Shown here: in pieces, positions 50,480 to 61,212 of the stretch | How positions within the stretch are numbered: the first letter of the stretch is position 1 | Layout of the letters: every line of letters starts with the position of its first letter | Assembly: GCA_963706595.1 (NCBI GenBank) | Contig: OY970166.1 | Coordinates: 1,536,001 to 1,600,000, forward strand | Origin: an uncultured cyanobacterium | Lineage (GTDB): Bacteria; Cyanobacteriota; Cyanobacteriia; Cyanobacteriales; Nostocaceae | Direction: 5' to 3' | Length of the DNA stretch: 64,000 nt | The notes under the pieces: generated by a model | Database searches by the model: none | Seen by the model: only the letters and a program-made list of their open reading frames with translations | What the model was told of the DNA's origin: nothing | Position numbers and translations under genes: made by a program

Positions 50480-53400
50480 ATGTCAGTATCATCTGATACC
50501 CTGTCTACTATTCCTGGATATCGCATTATCGAACAAATCTATTCTGGCAGTAAAACCCTAGTTTATCGAGGTATCAGAGAAGCAGACCAAAAAAGCGTCA
50601 TCATCAAATTGATGCGGAATGAACACCCTACATTTGCTGAAATCTCTCAGTTCCGTAATCAGTATATCATCACCAAAAGCCTTGATATTCCTGGTATAGT
50701 CAAACCTTTAAGCTTAGAAAATTACCGCAACAGTGATGTCTTAGTGATGGAGGACTTTGGCGGCATATCGCTCAAAGATTGGGAAGTTATCAAAAATAAT
50801 CCCCAAGGAAATGGTTTAGGGTATAAAGAGTTTTTTCATATCGCTATAGAAATAGTATCTATTCTAGAGAGACTACATCGCGATAGCTTTCGCGAAGCGT
50901 GTGCTTTGCACTCAGCGCTCCACAGAAATCGCATTATTCACAAAGATATCAAACCCGCTAATATATTAATTCACCCCAGCACTCTCGAAGTGAGATTGAT
51001 AGATTTCAGTATTGCTACCTTGCTACCGAGAGAAATTCAATTCGTCACCAACCCCAATATCTTAGAAGGCACATTAGCCTATATTTCCCCCGAACAAACA
51101 GGACGGATGAACCGAGGTATTGATTACCGCAGTGACTTTTATTCCTTGGGAGTCACCTTTTTTGAACTCCTCACTGGTAAATTACCCTTCACGACCACAG
51201 ATCCCATAGAATTAGTCTACTGTCACATTGCTAAACAGCCACCCACAGCTAGCCAAATTAACCCCAATATTCCACCAATACTGTCTTTAATCATCAGCAA
51301 ACTGATGGCCAAAAATGCTGAAGACCGTTATCAGAGTGCTTACGGACTCAAGCATGACTTAGAACAATGCCGCCAGCAGTGGGAACAGACCGGAAATATC
51401 ACAACCTTCGAGTTAGCACAAAAGGATATGTCTGACCGTTTCCTGATTCCTGAAAAACTCTATGGCCGCCAAACAGAAGTAGCAAAAATACTTGCCGCTT
51501 TTGAACGTGTCAGTAGTGGCACAACAGAAATGATTTTAGTAACAGGATTTTCTGGTATTGGCAAAACATCAGTGGTTAACGAAATTCACAAACAAATTTT
51601 GAGCCAACGTAGTTACTTTATTAAAGGAAAATATGACCAATTTAAACGCGACATTCCCTTGTCAGGATTAATACAAGCATTTAGGGACTTAATCGGACAA
51701 ATACTATTGGAAACAGATGCCCAAATTCAAGAATGGCAAACTAAAATTTTGTCGGTGTTGGGGACACAAGGTCAAGTAATTATTAATGTAATTCCTGAAC
51801 TCGAATTAATTATTGGTAAGCAACCGGAGGTGGCAGAAATATCTGGTAGTGCCGCCGAAAATCGATTCAATTTATTATTGCGAAGATTTATTCAAATCTT
51901 CATGACTAAGGAACATCCTTTGGTAATATTTTTAGATGACTTGCAATGGGCTGATATAACTTCATTGAAATTAATTCAGTTATTAATTAGTCAAAATAAT
52001 ACAATTAGAGAAAATATGAGCTTGAGTGTTTCCCTAACAAGTGAAACAAGTCTCTTAATGATTGGTGCTTATCGGGATAAAGAAGTGGTAAAGCCACATC
52101 CCCTAAATTTTGCTCTCGAAGAGATGAAAAACTCTGGAGCAGTCATTCATACTATCACGTTAACATCTTTAAATCAAGGAGATTTAAATCGTTTAATTGC
52201 TGATAGTTTGCGGTGTGGAGAGAATCAAGCGATCGCCCTGACACAAATGGTATTTGCTAAAACTAAGGGTAATCCTTTCTTTATCCATGAATTTCTCAAA
52301 TGCCTACATAAAGATGGACTAATTCAATTTAATTTTGAACTGGGTTATTGGCAATATGACCTATCAAAAATTCAGGCGTTAGCACTGACGGATGATGTGG
52401 TTAAATTCATGTCTATTCAACTGATGAAGTTGCCCAAGCAAACTCAGCAAATTCTCAAATTAGCAGCCTGCATAGGTAACAAATTCGACTTAAAAACTCT
52501 TGCCATCGTATATGAGCAATTAGCAGTAGATACAGCCTCAGATTTATGGCCAGCATTACTTCAAGGGCTAGTTCTACCGCAATCTGAAACATACAATTTA
52601 GTCGCAAAAAGTAGTGATCATCAAAGAAGCACTCTTAGCCAGAGTCACAACCAACTACCAATATATAAATTTATACATGACCGGGTACAACAAGCTGCTT
52701 ATTCTTTAATTCCCGAACACCAAAAACAGTCAATTCATTTAAAAATTGGGCAACTGCTGTTAAAAAATATCCCCATGACTGAACGGGAAGAACTAATTTT
52801 TGATCTGGTAAATCAATTTAATATCGCCATACCAATAATTCATCTTCCTGGCGATCGCGAGCAGCTAGCCCAGATGAATCTAGTTGCTGGGCGTAAAGCT
52901 TTGGCATCAATAGCTTTTCTCTCGGCGCTGAAGTATTTAAATACTGGAATTAAACTACTTGCAGATGATAGCTGGGAGACACAATATGAGCTAACTTTGG
53001 CTTTGCATGAAACAGCAGCAGAGGCGGCGTACTTAGGTGGCAATTTTGAGGAGATGGAGCAATTAGCAGAGGAAGTACTGCAAAGAGCGAACACCCTGCT
53101 AGAGAAAGTCAAAGTCTATGAAATCAAGATTCAGGCTTATACATCGCAGAATAGATTGTTGGAAGCGATTGCGATCGCTCGGCAAGTATTAGAATATTTT
53201 GGACTAACTTTCCCACAGTCACCGACCGAAAATGATATCCAGCAAGGTCTTGAGGAAACCACAGCACTACTTGCAGATAAAACTGCTGAAGATTTGATCA
53301 ACTTGCCGTTGATGACCTCTGCAAACAAATTGGCAATCATTCGGATCGTATCAAGTATGATTCCTCCGACTTACATTGCAGACCCCTTATTATTCCCATT

Positions 53401-56104
53401 AATCATTCTGTCACAAGTTAAGTTATCAATCCACTACGGTAATGCTCCTTTATCTGCTTTTTGCTACGCATCTTATGGCATCATTTTAAATGGAATTCAG
53501 AAAGATATTGAAACAGCAGTTAAATTTGGTAGTTTAGCTCTGAAATTAGTTGATAAATTTAATTACAAAAATATCAAAAATAAAATTTTATATGTTCTAG
53601 GAGCATTTATTTTCCATGGTAAATCTCATGTCCAAGAAGCTCTGCCAATTTTGTTAGAGGGATATAAAACTTCCCTAGAAAATGGAGATTTTGAATTTGT
53701 TGGCTACTGTGTAAAAGATATTTGTCAACACTCATATTTGATGGGTCAAGAATTAACAACCCTTGAACAAGAAATTATAAACTACAGTAGTGTTTTAAAA
53801 AAAATCAAGCAAGCAACCACATTAAACTATTGCCTCATCTGTTTACAATCTGTTTCTACATTGCTGAAAAGTGAAGAAAATACCTGTAGTCCATTGAGCA
53901 ATTTATACAACGAAGATAAGTTAATAGAATTCCTTATAGAAATAAAGGATATTACTGGAATTTATCACTTGTATTTCTATAAGCTGATACTGTGCTACTT
54001 ATTTGAAAATTTTTCCCAAGCAAAAAAGAATGCCAATCAAGCAAGACTTTACTTAGGAGGAGGAACAGGGTTTATTAGTATACCTGTATTTTATTTTTAT
54101 GATTCTTTAACAAGTTTAGCCATATATCCAAACATTAAAAATGAGCAAGATATTCTCCTTAAGCAGGTAGCAGATAATCAAATAAAGTTAAAGCAATTTG
54201 CAGATCATGCTCCAATGAATTACCTGCATAAGTTTTATTTAGTAGAGGCAGAGAAATGTCGAGTTAAAGGTGAATATTTCCAAGGAATAGAATTATATGA
54301 TCAAGCTATTTCTCTAGCCAAAGAACACAAGTATCTTAATGAAGAAGCTCTTGCTTCTGAACTTGCAGCAAAGTTTTATCTGGAATGGGGAAAAACAAAG
54401 ATTGCTCAAACTTATATAATTGATGCCTACTACGGCTACATTCGCTGGGGAGCAATGGCTAAAGTTGCTGATTTGCTAAAACGCTATCCCCAATTGCTAG
54501 CTCCCATACTCCAGCCAGAAAAGTTTAGCCTCTATCCCAGTCCGATAAATACTTCTTCTAGTGATCAATCTCTATTAAGTGTTAGCAACCACCAAACAGC
54601 CATTAGCTCTAACACAAGTATTTCAGACTCTTTAGATTTGGCTGCTGTCATCAAGGTATCTCAAGCACTTTCTGGGGAAATAGATCTGGATAAACTGCTT
54701 GCTACCATGATGAAAGTTGTGATGGAGAACGCGGGAGCCTCTAAATCAGCTTTGATTTTGAACAAAGATGAAAAATTGCATTTAATGGTTACTGCTATTA
54801 CTTCAAGTTCAAATACTGCGACTATTGAGACAAACTTTTCATCAATACACTTGGAGTTGAGCCGCGATGTTCCTATTACTTTGATACAATACGTCAAACG
54901 CACCCTGGAAGTATTTGTAACTGATGATGCTAAAAGTGTGACATTTTTAGCAGGCGATCGCTACATTCTTAGAGAGCAACCTCAGAGTTTGCTATGTATC
55001 CCCATTATCAATCAAGGTAAATTGCTGGGGATTATTTATCTAGAGAATCATCTTACCATAGGAGCATTTACAGGCGATCGCGTCGAAGTCCTAAAACTCT
55101 TGACCACCCAAGCCGCAATCTCCCTAGAGAATGCTATGCTGTATAAAAATTTAGCCCAAGCAAATCAGCAATTAGAAGAATATAATCATTCTTTAGAAGA
55201 AAACGTAGCGCAGAGAACGCAGCAACTCAACGAAAAAAATCAAAGTTTGCAAGAAGCACTCTTAGAGCTACAAAGTACCCAAGCCCAATTGATTCAAAGT
55301 GAAAAAATGTCTTCCTTGGGGCAAATGGTAGCAGGAATTGCTCATGAAATCAATAATCCCATCAACTTTATTCATGGTAATATTGTCCATCTTAATCAGT
55401 ATGTGCAAGATTTACTAGACTTTATTGCCATCTGTCAACAAGAACATTCTCAACATTCAAATCTAGTTAAAAACAAAGCCGCAGATATTGACTTAGAATT
55501 TTTGGTAAAAGACTTACCAAAAATTCTTAATTCCATGAAAGCTGGGAGTTCACGTATACAGAATATTATTTTGGGTTTACGCAACTTTTCCCGCCTTGAT
55601 GAATCTCAAATGAAACCTGTAGATATTCACGAAGGTATTGATAATACCTTAATGTTTTTGGCGCATCGCCTCCAGAAAAATATTGACTATCCAGAAATTC
55701 AAGTTATAAAAACTTATGCAAAACTCCCACGAGTTAATTGTTGTGCTAGTCAAATGAATCAGGTATTTATGAATATTTTAAACAATGCCATTGATGCTTT
55801 AGAAGATTCATTAATCAATCAAAAAATCACAGACAAGCCCGTAATTCGTATTTCCACTAAACTCATAGATACAAAGATGTTGAGAATTACCATTGCTGAT
55901 AACGCTGATGGGATGACAACCAAGGTACAAGAAAAAATATTTGACCCATTTTTTACTACTAAGCCCATAGGAAGTGGGACGGGTTTGGGATTATCTATTA
56001 GTTATCAGATTATTGTGGAGCAGCACAAAGGTCAGCTAACCTGTAATTCTTCTCCTGGAAATGGCACAGAGTTTATTATCGATATTCCATTACAGATGAA
56101 ATAG
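50480..56104 (+). CDS. Ser/Thr kinase-AAA-GAF-histidine kinase (HstK-like multidomain kinase)
   Basis: HKDIKPAN, DFS, SPEQTGR, Walker A GFSGIGKT, LDDLQWAD, GAF region, AHEINNP, GTGLGL. Confidence 0.95.
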   Translation: MSVSSDTLSTIPGYRIIEQIYSGSKTLVYRGIREADQKSVIIKLMRNEHPTFAEISQFRNQYIITKSLDIPGIVKPLSLENYRNSDVLVMEDFGGISLKDWEVIKNNPQGNGLGYKEFFHIAIEIVSILERLHRDSFREACALHSALHRNRIIHKDIKPANILIHPSTLEVRLIDFSIATLLPREIQFVTNPNILEGTLAYISPEQTGRMNRGIDYRSDFYSLGVTFFELLTGKLPFTTTDPIELVYCHIAKQPPTASQINPNIPPILSLIISKLMAKNAEDRYQSAYGLKHDLEQCRQQWEQTGNITTFELAQKDMSDRFLIPEKLYGRQTEVAKILAAFERVSSGTTEMILVTGFSGIGKTSVVNEIHKQILSQRSYFIKGKYDQFKRDIPLSGLIQAFRDLIGQILLETDAQIQEWQTKILSVLGTQGQVIINVIPELELIIGKQPEVAEISGSAAENRFNLLLRRFIQIFMTKEHPLVIFLDDLQWADITSLKLIQLLISQNNTIRENMSLSVSLTSETSLLMIGAYRDKEVVKPHPLNFALEEMKNSGAVIHTITLTSLNQGDLNRLIADSLRCGENQAIALTQMVFAKTKGNPFFIHEFLKCLHKDGLIQFNFELGYWQYDLSKIQALALTDDVVKFMSIQLMKLPKQTQQILKLAACIGNKFDLKTLAIVYEQLAVDTASDLWPALLQGLVLPQSETYNLVAKSSDHQRSTLSQSHNQLPIYKFIHDRVQQAAYSLIPEHQKQSIHLKIGQLLLKNIPMTEREELIFDLVNQFNIAIPIIHLPGDREQLAQMNLVAGRKALASIAFLSALKYLNTGIKLLADDSWETQYELTLALHETAAEAAYLGGNFEEMEQLAEEVLQRANTLLEKVKVYEIKIQAYTSQNRLLEAIAIARQVLEYFGLTFPQSPTENDIQQGLEETTALLADKTAEDLINLPLMTSANKLAIIRIVSSMIPPTYIADPLLFPLIILSQVKLSIHYGNAPLSAFCYASYGIILNGIQKDIETAVKFGSLALKLVDKFNYKNIKNKILYVLGAFIFHGKSHVQEALPILLEGYKTSLENGDFEFVGYCVKDICQHSYLMGQELTTLEQEIINYSSVLKKIKQATTLNYCLICLQSVSTLLKSEENTCSPLSNLYNEDKLIEFLIEIKDITGIYHLYFYKLILCYLFENFSQAKKNANQARLYLGGGTGFISIPVFYFYDSLTSLAIYPNIKNEQDILLKQVADNQIKLKQFADHAPMNYLHKFYLVEAEKCRVKGEYFQGIELYDQAISLAKEHKYLNEEALASELAAKFYLEWGKTKIAQTYIIDAYYGYIRWGAMAKVADLLKRYPQLLAPILQPEKFSLYPSPINTSSSDQSLLSVSNHQTAISSNTSISDSLDLAAVIKVSQALSGEIDLDKLLATMMKVVMENAGASKSALILNKDEKLHLMVTAITSSSNTATIETNFSSIHLELSRDVPITLIQYVKRTLEVFVTDDAKSVTFLAGDRYILREQPQSLLCIPIINQGKLLGIIYLENHLTIGAFTGDRVEVLKLLTTQAAISLENAMLYKNLAQANQQLEEYNHSLEENVAQRTQQLNEKNQSLQEALLELQSTQAQLIQSEKMSSLGQMVAGIAHEINNPINFIHGNIVHLNQYVQDLLDFIAICQQEHSQHSNLVKNKAADIDLEFLVKDLPKILNSMKAGSSRIQNIILGLRNFSRLDESQMKPVDIHEGIDNTLMFLAHRLQKNIDYPEIQVIKTYAKLPRVNCCASQMNQVFMNILNNAIDALEDSLINQKITDKPVIRISTKLIDTKMLRITIADNADGMTTKVQEKIFDPFFTTKPIGSGTGLGLSISYQIIVEQHKGQLTCNSSPGNGTEFIIDIPLQMK
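50883..50927. mobile_element. 45-nt in-frame short-repeat insertion into HIP1
   Basis: GCG|45 nt|ATCGC; removing it restores LHRDRIIHKD. Confidence 0.8.
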
Positions 56105-56174
56105 TAAATTCATGTGAGGTTTTAGATGAATTTACTATTTATTAATTATCGGTATATGATACTATTTAATGCAT

Positions 56175-56957
56175 TCAGCTTGAAGCTAACAATTGACCAT
56201 GCTGAATTTGAGAATTTCCTGTTAGTTGTTGAAGAGCTTCACCATTTGGATGATTGAATGGTTGTTTAATGTGATTTTTTTTAGCATTGATTAGCAGGCT
56301 ATCTACTAATATGCTAAATAAATCAAAGACTTGATTAACCAATTGCAAAGATTCTTTCAAAGTCTCTGTATCTAGATGAATATTTGTAATTATCTCCGCA
56401 GTTTTAGATGTGTACATTTGATGGTTAGACTCGGTGACGATATGATAACTACCAAAATATGGGTATTCTCTATTAGTAGTCAGTTTTAGTTCTTCAGTAA
56501 CTTGTGCCGTTGTTGAGAGAAAAATATCTGCTATTGCTTCTATTGCTTCTATCACGACCAACTTATGAATAGGACTAGCTTGAGCAGTATAGCGATATAT
56601 TTCATGGATTGTCTGCCGTGAAATCTGTGTTTCATCACTCCAAAGAAATTTCAAGCTGTCGTTGAGATTTAAGGATGAATTAAACTCTAACAATTGCAAA
56701 TCTTCCAAGAACCAGATCCAGTGATGATCATCTTCGTGAGTATATTCGTTGATGATAACTTGAATCGGATCACTGTTTGTTTCGTCTCGCCAAACGTATT
56801 TATTCAACTCTGCGAAACCCATGACAAAGGGAGCAAAGTAAGGAGCAAAAGCCAGTCTTTGCATTGGGTCTATGCTTTTGTCTTGTAAAAACTTAATAAA
56901 TGGTGTTTGGCGGAATTGTTGCTTCTTCTCTGCAATTAATGCCAAGACTAATTTCAT
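56175..56957 (-). CDS. Heme-oxygenase-like diiron oxidase, AetD-like
   Basis: D76, H79, E140, H172, E176 and H179 ligand pattern; overall resemblance to AetD as recalled. Confidence 0.8.
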   Translation of the reverse strand: MKLVLALIAEKKQQFRQTPFIKFLQDKSIDPMQRLAFAPYFAPFVMGFAELNKYVWRDETNSDPIQVIINEYTHEDDHHWIWFLEDLQLLEFNSSLNLNDSLKFLWSDETQISRQTIHEIYRYTAQASPIHKLVVIEAIEAIADIFLSTTAQVTEELKLTTNREYPYFGSYHIVTESNHQMYTSKTAEIITNIHLDTETLKESLQLVNQVFDLFSILVDSLLINAKKNHIKQPFNHPNGEALQQLTGNSQIQHGQLLASS

Positions 56958-57419
56958 TGTTTTACCCTCTAGATTTTAGGAATTCCAGGTTGAATACAGT
57001 TGACGGCAACAACACGCTTTATAGACTGCGTGTGAACTTATCTTGAATTTGAATGGTCAAAATTAAACTTACCTCCGTAGTATTTAATAATTACTTTAAA
57101 AATTTAACTGTGATTTTACGTGACTTTTTGGGAAATATTAATTTTTATTAGTACAAAATAAATTACACTAAGAGTTTTATTTAGTAATTTTACTTAGAAA
57201 GCAACACAATTTATTTGGAGATGTCCATTTGGCGGTGAACAGCAAAAAGTAAAAAAACCGCACCTATAAATGTCAGTGCGGCTGCAAAAAATGGTCATCT
57301 AAAATGCCAAGTCCTGGGAAACGCTCTACTTTCAACGAAAAGGCGGAGGGGAAGGGAGCAGGCTTGCCTCTTTTTCAATTCAGACTGCCGATGTTTTCAT
57401 GGAGTTTTGGATGTTACAC

Positions 57420-58181
57420 TTATATGGGTAAGTTCAAATCAGATGCGATCGCACCAAAATAAGGTTGAAAAATTGCCAAATTTTCTAGCTCATCGAATTT
57501 ACCGATGGTCGAGCCGGGAGCAAAAGCTGTGGTAATTACATATATAGCCTGACCATCAAAGGCCGCATGACTGATATGTTGCTCATGTACTCCACCCTCT
57601 GGCTTAATTCCGACAAACCCGTAGCGTATTCCCTGAAGTTTACCAACTGATGCTTGTTGTGTTGGGTAGGCTGAAAACACAATTTTGTTTTTATAAGTAT
57701 CCTGACGGTCTTTCACAGCAGTAGCGTTTAAATCTGCAACCCAAGCCTTCAATGCTGTTAATAACTGCTTTTGGGACTCAGGACTTTGGTAATCTACTTG
57801 AGTATCGAGTGGAATACCCGCATCTGCCAGATTTTGGGGGAAACTTGGATTCTCTTTCACCGGGTAAACACTGATTTCCACCGTACCCAAAACTTTTTCT
57901 TGAGAGGAAACACACAGTAGAGGGGCGTTTCCCTCACAAGGTGCAACTTTCCAACCATTTGGGGTAGGTGTTTTCCCCAAAATTTTCTTCCAAGTATTTT
58001 CTGCTTTGGAATTGGGAGTGGTTGAAGCAGTTGTTGGAGGAGAATTGCTTTGAGTTATCGTTGCTACAGCACTTGGATTTTCGACAACCGCAGGAGAAAA
58101 CCGGGGGAGAATAGTTTTGACTCCCACTGGTGTTAAAGCTAATAAAAAAGCTCCGATAAACAGATGATAAACGCGCAACAT
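57420..58181 (-). CDS. Secreted hypothetical protein
   Basis: N-terminal hydrophobic segment; WKVAPCEGNAPLLC. Confidence 0.75.
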   Translation of the reverse strand: MLRVYHLFIGAFLLALTPVGVKTILPRFSPAVVENPSAVATITQSNSPPTTASTTPNSKAENTWKKILGKTPTPNGWKVAPCEGNAPLLCVSSQEKVLGTVEISVYPVKENPSFPQNLADAGIPLDTQVDYQSPESQKQLLTALKAWVADLNATAVKDRQDTYKNKIVFSAYPTQQASVGKLQGIRYGFVGIKPEGGVHEQHISHAAFDGQAIYVITTAFAPGSTIGKFDELENLAIFQPYFGAIASDLNLPI

Positions 58182-58259
58182 TTTTCGTGATAATCCTGAG
58201 CCAGAACTTGCAGACTAATAGTATCCACCACACCTTGTGAGTATACAAGAAGATACATC

Positions 58260-58305
58260 TGGGGAGTGGGGAGTGGGGAGTGGGGGGTGGGGAGTGGGGA
58301 GTGGG
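58260..58305. repeat. STRR heptamer (GGGGAGT)n
   Basis: About six tandem units. Confidence 0.85.
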
Positions 58306-58389
58306 AAACAGCTTTTTGAGTTGTAAGCGCAAAGCGCAGGCTACGCCAACAGAAATCAAATAGGAGTCCTATATTTATGGCTGTTAGTT

Positions 58390-59241
58390 TTAATTAGCAA
58401 ACTGTGCTAATAACTTTTCAGATGTGTCACATAGTAGTTGGTGATGCTCACCGTTACTCGCCAGCAAACCACCCCACTGATTAATATCTTCGGTGTTATA
58501 TGCCAACAAACTGCCATCGAAGTGTGTAAACTTACCACCAGCTTCTGTTAAAACTAGTTCTGGGGCGGCTATATCCCAATCTTTAGGGGCAGATTTCCCG
58601 GAAAGAGAAACGTAGACATCCGCCTGTTGTTCCAGAATAGCGACAACTTTGCAGCCTATACTGCCTACAGATTTGTATTTTTGACAAGGAAAGTTTTGTA
58701 ATAAGTAATCTAAAGATTCATTGCGGTGAGAGCGACTGGCAACTACAGTTAAATCTGCCACAGGCTTACCTGAAGACACTTGAATGGGAGCAAAGCCATT
58801 CCGGGTTTCCACAAATGTACCCCCACCTTTGGTAGCAAAGTATAACTTTTCTGTTTCTGGGACGGCAACTACTGCTAAAATTGGACGCTTTTCTTTGACT
58901 AAAGCGATGTGAATGGCATACTCCCCAGTTTTTTCAATAAAGTCTCGCGTACCATCTAAAGGATCAATAATCCATACCAATTCAGGGGATTCTTTACTCA
59001 GTTGTGATTGATAGGTTTCTTCACTGATATAGGCAAAATCTTCTTTACCCAAAGCTGCTTGTAACTTTTCTAGAATATATTGACTCACGGCTACATCTGC
59101 AACAGTTACAGGCTCATTCTGTTTGTACTGCACATCTAGATTCGGGTCTTTTGCAGTGCCGTGGTAATAAGACCTGAGTATATCTGATGCACCCCAACTT
59201 ATTTCACGAGCGATCGCTAATATTTCTTGCAAGTCTTTCAT
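58390..59241 (-). CDS. cysQ: 3'(2'),5'-bisphosphate nucleotidase / inositol monophosphatase family
   Basis: PVTVAD, ISEE, WIIDPLDGTRDF and WDIAA motifs. Confidence 0.9.
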   Translation of the reverse strand: MKDLQEILAIAREISWGASDILRSYYHGTAKDPNLDVQYKQNEPVTVADVAVSQYILEKLQAALGKEDFAYISEETYQSQLSKESPELVWIIDPLDGTRDFIEKTGEYAIHIALVKEKRPILAVVAVPETEKLYFATKGGGTFVETRNGFAPIQVSSGKPVADLTVVASRSHRNESLDYLLQNFPCQKYKSVGSIGCKVVAILEQQADVYVSLSGKSAPKDWDIAAPELVLTEAGGKFTHFDGSLLAYNTEDINQWGGLLASNGEHHQLLCDTSEKLLAQFAN

Positions 59242-59291
59242 TCATTCTGCCTTAATTACTGAACTTAGTCTACTCTCTTGTACAGACACCA

Positions 59292-60173
59292 TTAATCGCA
59301 TTTCCCAGTTTCCATCCAGCGACGCGTCCCAAAAAATTCACAGGAGTTAGCAGCAATTTTAGCAGCCTGTGCTAAAGCATCAGTAAAACTTGCCTGTAAA
59401 ATATAATGACAGAAAGCACCGTGAAAAATATCCCCAGCCCCTAGAGTATCAACCGGCTGGATTTGCGGTACATCCACAACACCGATTTGAGTGGAAGATA
59501 AATATTTAATCGGGTTTTCTCCGTGGGTAATGGCGATGTGGGGAATGTCAAATGTACTTAAGTAGGTAAATACCTCTGCTTCAGTGCGGCAGTTAGGGGG
59601 ATAGAAATTAGCCGAACACAGGGCATAATCAACGAAAGGCAAAATTTGCTCAAATCCTGGTTTCCAACTTCCACCGTCAATAACTATGGGGATATTTTTA
59701 GCTTTAGCTGTTTCCGCTATGGTGAGGCTAACGCCCATCTGATGCCCATCAATTAAAACAATATTAATATCCTGTAAAATATCTGGCGGGATAGATGTTT
59801 TACTTGCTTGACTTTTGGCAGCATTTATGGAAACTACAGCACGTTCACCTGTGGCTTGGGTAATCATGATTGAAGATACAGGTGGGGCTGTACTTATAGT
59901 AGGCTGAAGATCAGCGATCGCCACTTGATAATTAGCCAAATCTTCTCGAATCAGTTGCGTCATCCCATGAGAACCCAGCACACCTAAAACTTGAGCTTGA
60001 TTACCTAAATAACTGAAGGTGACAGCCGCATTGGTAGCGGGTCCACCGGCTGCTAAAGTATAGTCAGTAGCGACAATCTTTTGATTATTTCTAGGGGCAG
60101 AATCAGCGAGGTAAATTAAATCCAAGGTGACTAAACCGACAAATAACCCACGCTGGGATTTAAGATTATTCAT
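59292..60173 (-). CDS. PfkB-family carbohydrate kinase
   Basis: GGPATNAA; DTLGAGDIFHGAF. Confidence 0.93.
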   Translation of the reverse strand: MNNLKSQRGLFVGLVTLDLIYLADSAPRNNQKIVATDYTLAAGGPATNAAVTFSYLGNQAQVLGVLGSHGMTQLIREDLANYQVAIADLQPTISTAPPVSSIMITQATGERAVVSINAAKSQASKTSIPPDILQDINIVLIDGHQMGVSLTIAETAKAKNIPIVIDGGSWKPGFEQILPFVDYALCSANFYPPNCRTEAEVFTYLSTFDIPHIAITHGENPIKYLSSTQIGVVDVPQIQPVDTLGAGDIFHGAFCHYILQASFTDALAQAAKIAANSCEFFGTRRWMETGKCD

Positions 60174-60203
60174 TTGTTTAACCTAGCTTTTATTTTCTCA
60201 CTC

Positions 60204-61061
60204 ATGCAGACTGACCCCAAACCAGGAACACTTTACATCGTCGGTACACCAATTGGCAACCTGGAAGATATCACCTTTCGGGCGGTGCGAATTTTGCAAA
60301 CGGTAAATTTAATTGCAGCCGAAGATACTCGCCACACAGGGAAACTACTACAACATTTTCAAGTTAAAACACCCCAGATAAGTTACCACGAACACAATAG
60401 CCATAGCCGCATCCCGGAATTATTAGAGTATATGGCAAATGGGCAGGCGATCGCTCTAGTTAGTGATGCGGGAATGCCGGGAATTTCTGATCCTGGTTAT
60501 GAATTGGTGAAAGCTTGCGTTGAAGCGGGTGTAACTGTTGTACCTATTCCGGGCGCAAGTGCCGCAATTACGGCTTTAAGTGCAGCCGGCTTACCTACAG
60601 ACAGGTTTGTTTTTGAAGGCTTTCTGCCAGCTAAGGCGCAAAAACGGCGGGAATACTTAGAATTGATTCAGGCAGAATCTCGCACTTTAATTTTCTACGA
60701 ATCACCGCACAGGTTACGAGAAAGTTTACAAGACTTTGCCACTGTTTGGGGAAGCGATCGCCAAATTGTCCTGGCACGGGAGTTAACTAAATTATACGAA
60801 GAATTTTGGCGCGGAACCATTGCCGAGGCGATCGCACATTACAGCCAACGTGAACCCCAAGGCGAATATACCTTAGTTCTGGCTGGAATTACTGCCAGTC
60901 AACCCCAACTCACAGAAGAACAATTAAAAGCCGAATTACTCCAGATTATCAGTCAGGGAACATCGCGATCGCAAGCCAGCCGACAATTAGCAAAAATGAC
61001 TTCTTTACCCCGTCGCCAACTTTATCAACTAGCCCTTTCCTTAGAAATCAATCCTGAGTAA
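60204..61061 (+). CDS. rsmI: 16S rRNA (cytidine1402-2'-O)-methyltransferase
   Basis: GTPIGNLEDIT, AEDTRHT, VSDAGMPGISDPG and RELTK motifs. Confidence 0.96.
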   Translation: MQTDPKPGTLYIVGTPIGNLEDITFRAVRILQTVNLIAAEDTRHTGKLLQHFQVKTPQISYHEHNSHSRIPELLEYMANGQAIALVSDAGMPGISDPGYELVKACVEAGVTVVPIPGASAAITALSAAGLPTDRFVFEGFLPAKAQKRREYLELIQAESRTLIFYESPHRLRESLQDFATVWGSDRQIVLARELTKLYEEFWRGTIAEAIAHYSQREPQGEYTLVLAGITASQPQLTEEQLKAELLQIISQGTSRSQASRQLAKMTSLPRRQLYQLALSLEINPE

Positions 61062-61212
61062 CTCAACCCAATCAGATCATAGAAATTTAGCAACCGTATA
61101 TTTACATAATTTCAATTAAATTAAGTAAAATAAAATTTTCATAAACTCCAATATTTTGAGAACAATCACCATATAATTAACTGTATAATTTGCATCTTCC
61201 ACTAAAAAAAAT

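Noticed and set aside
57934..58359. 141-aa ORF with PTPHS repeats
   Set aside because: It runs through an STRR and overlaps a better ORF in another frame
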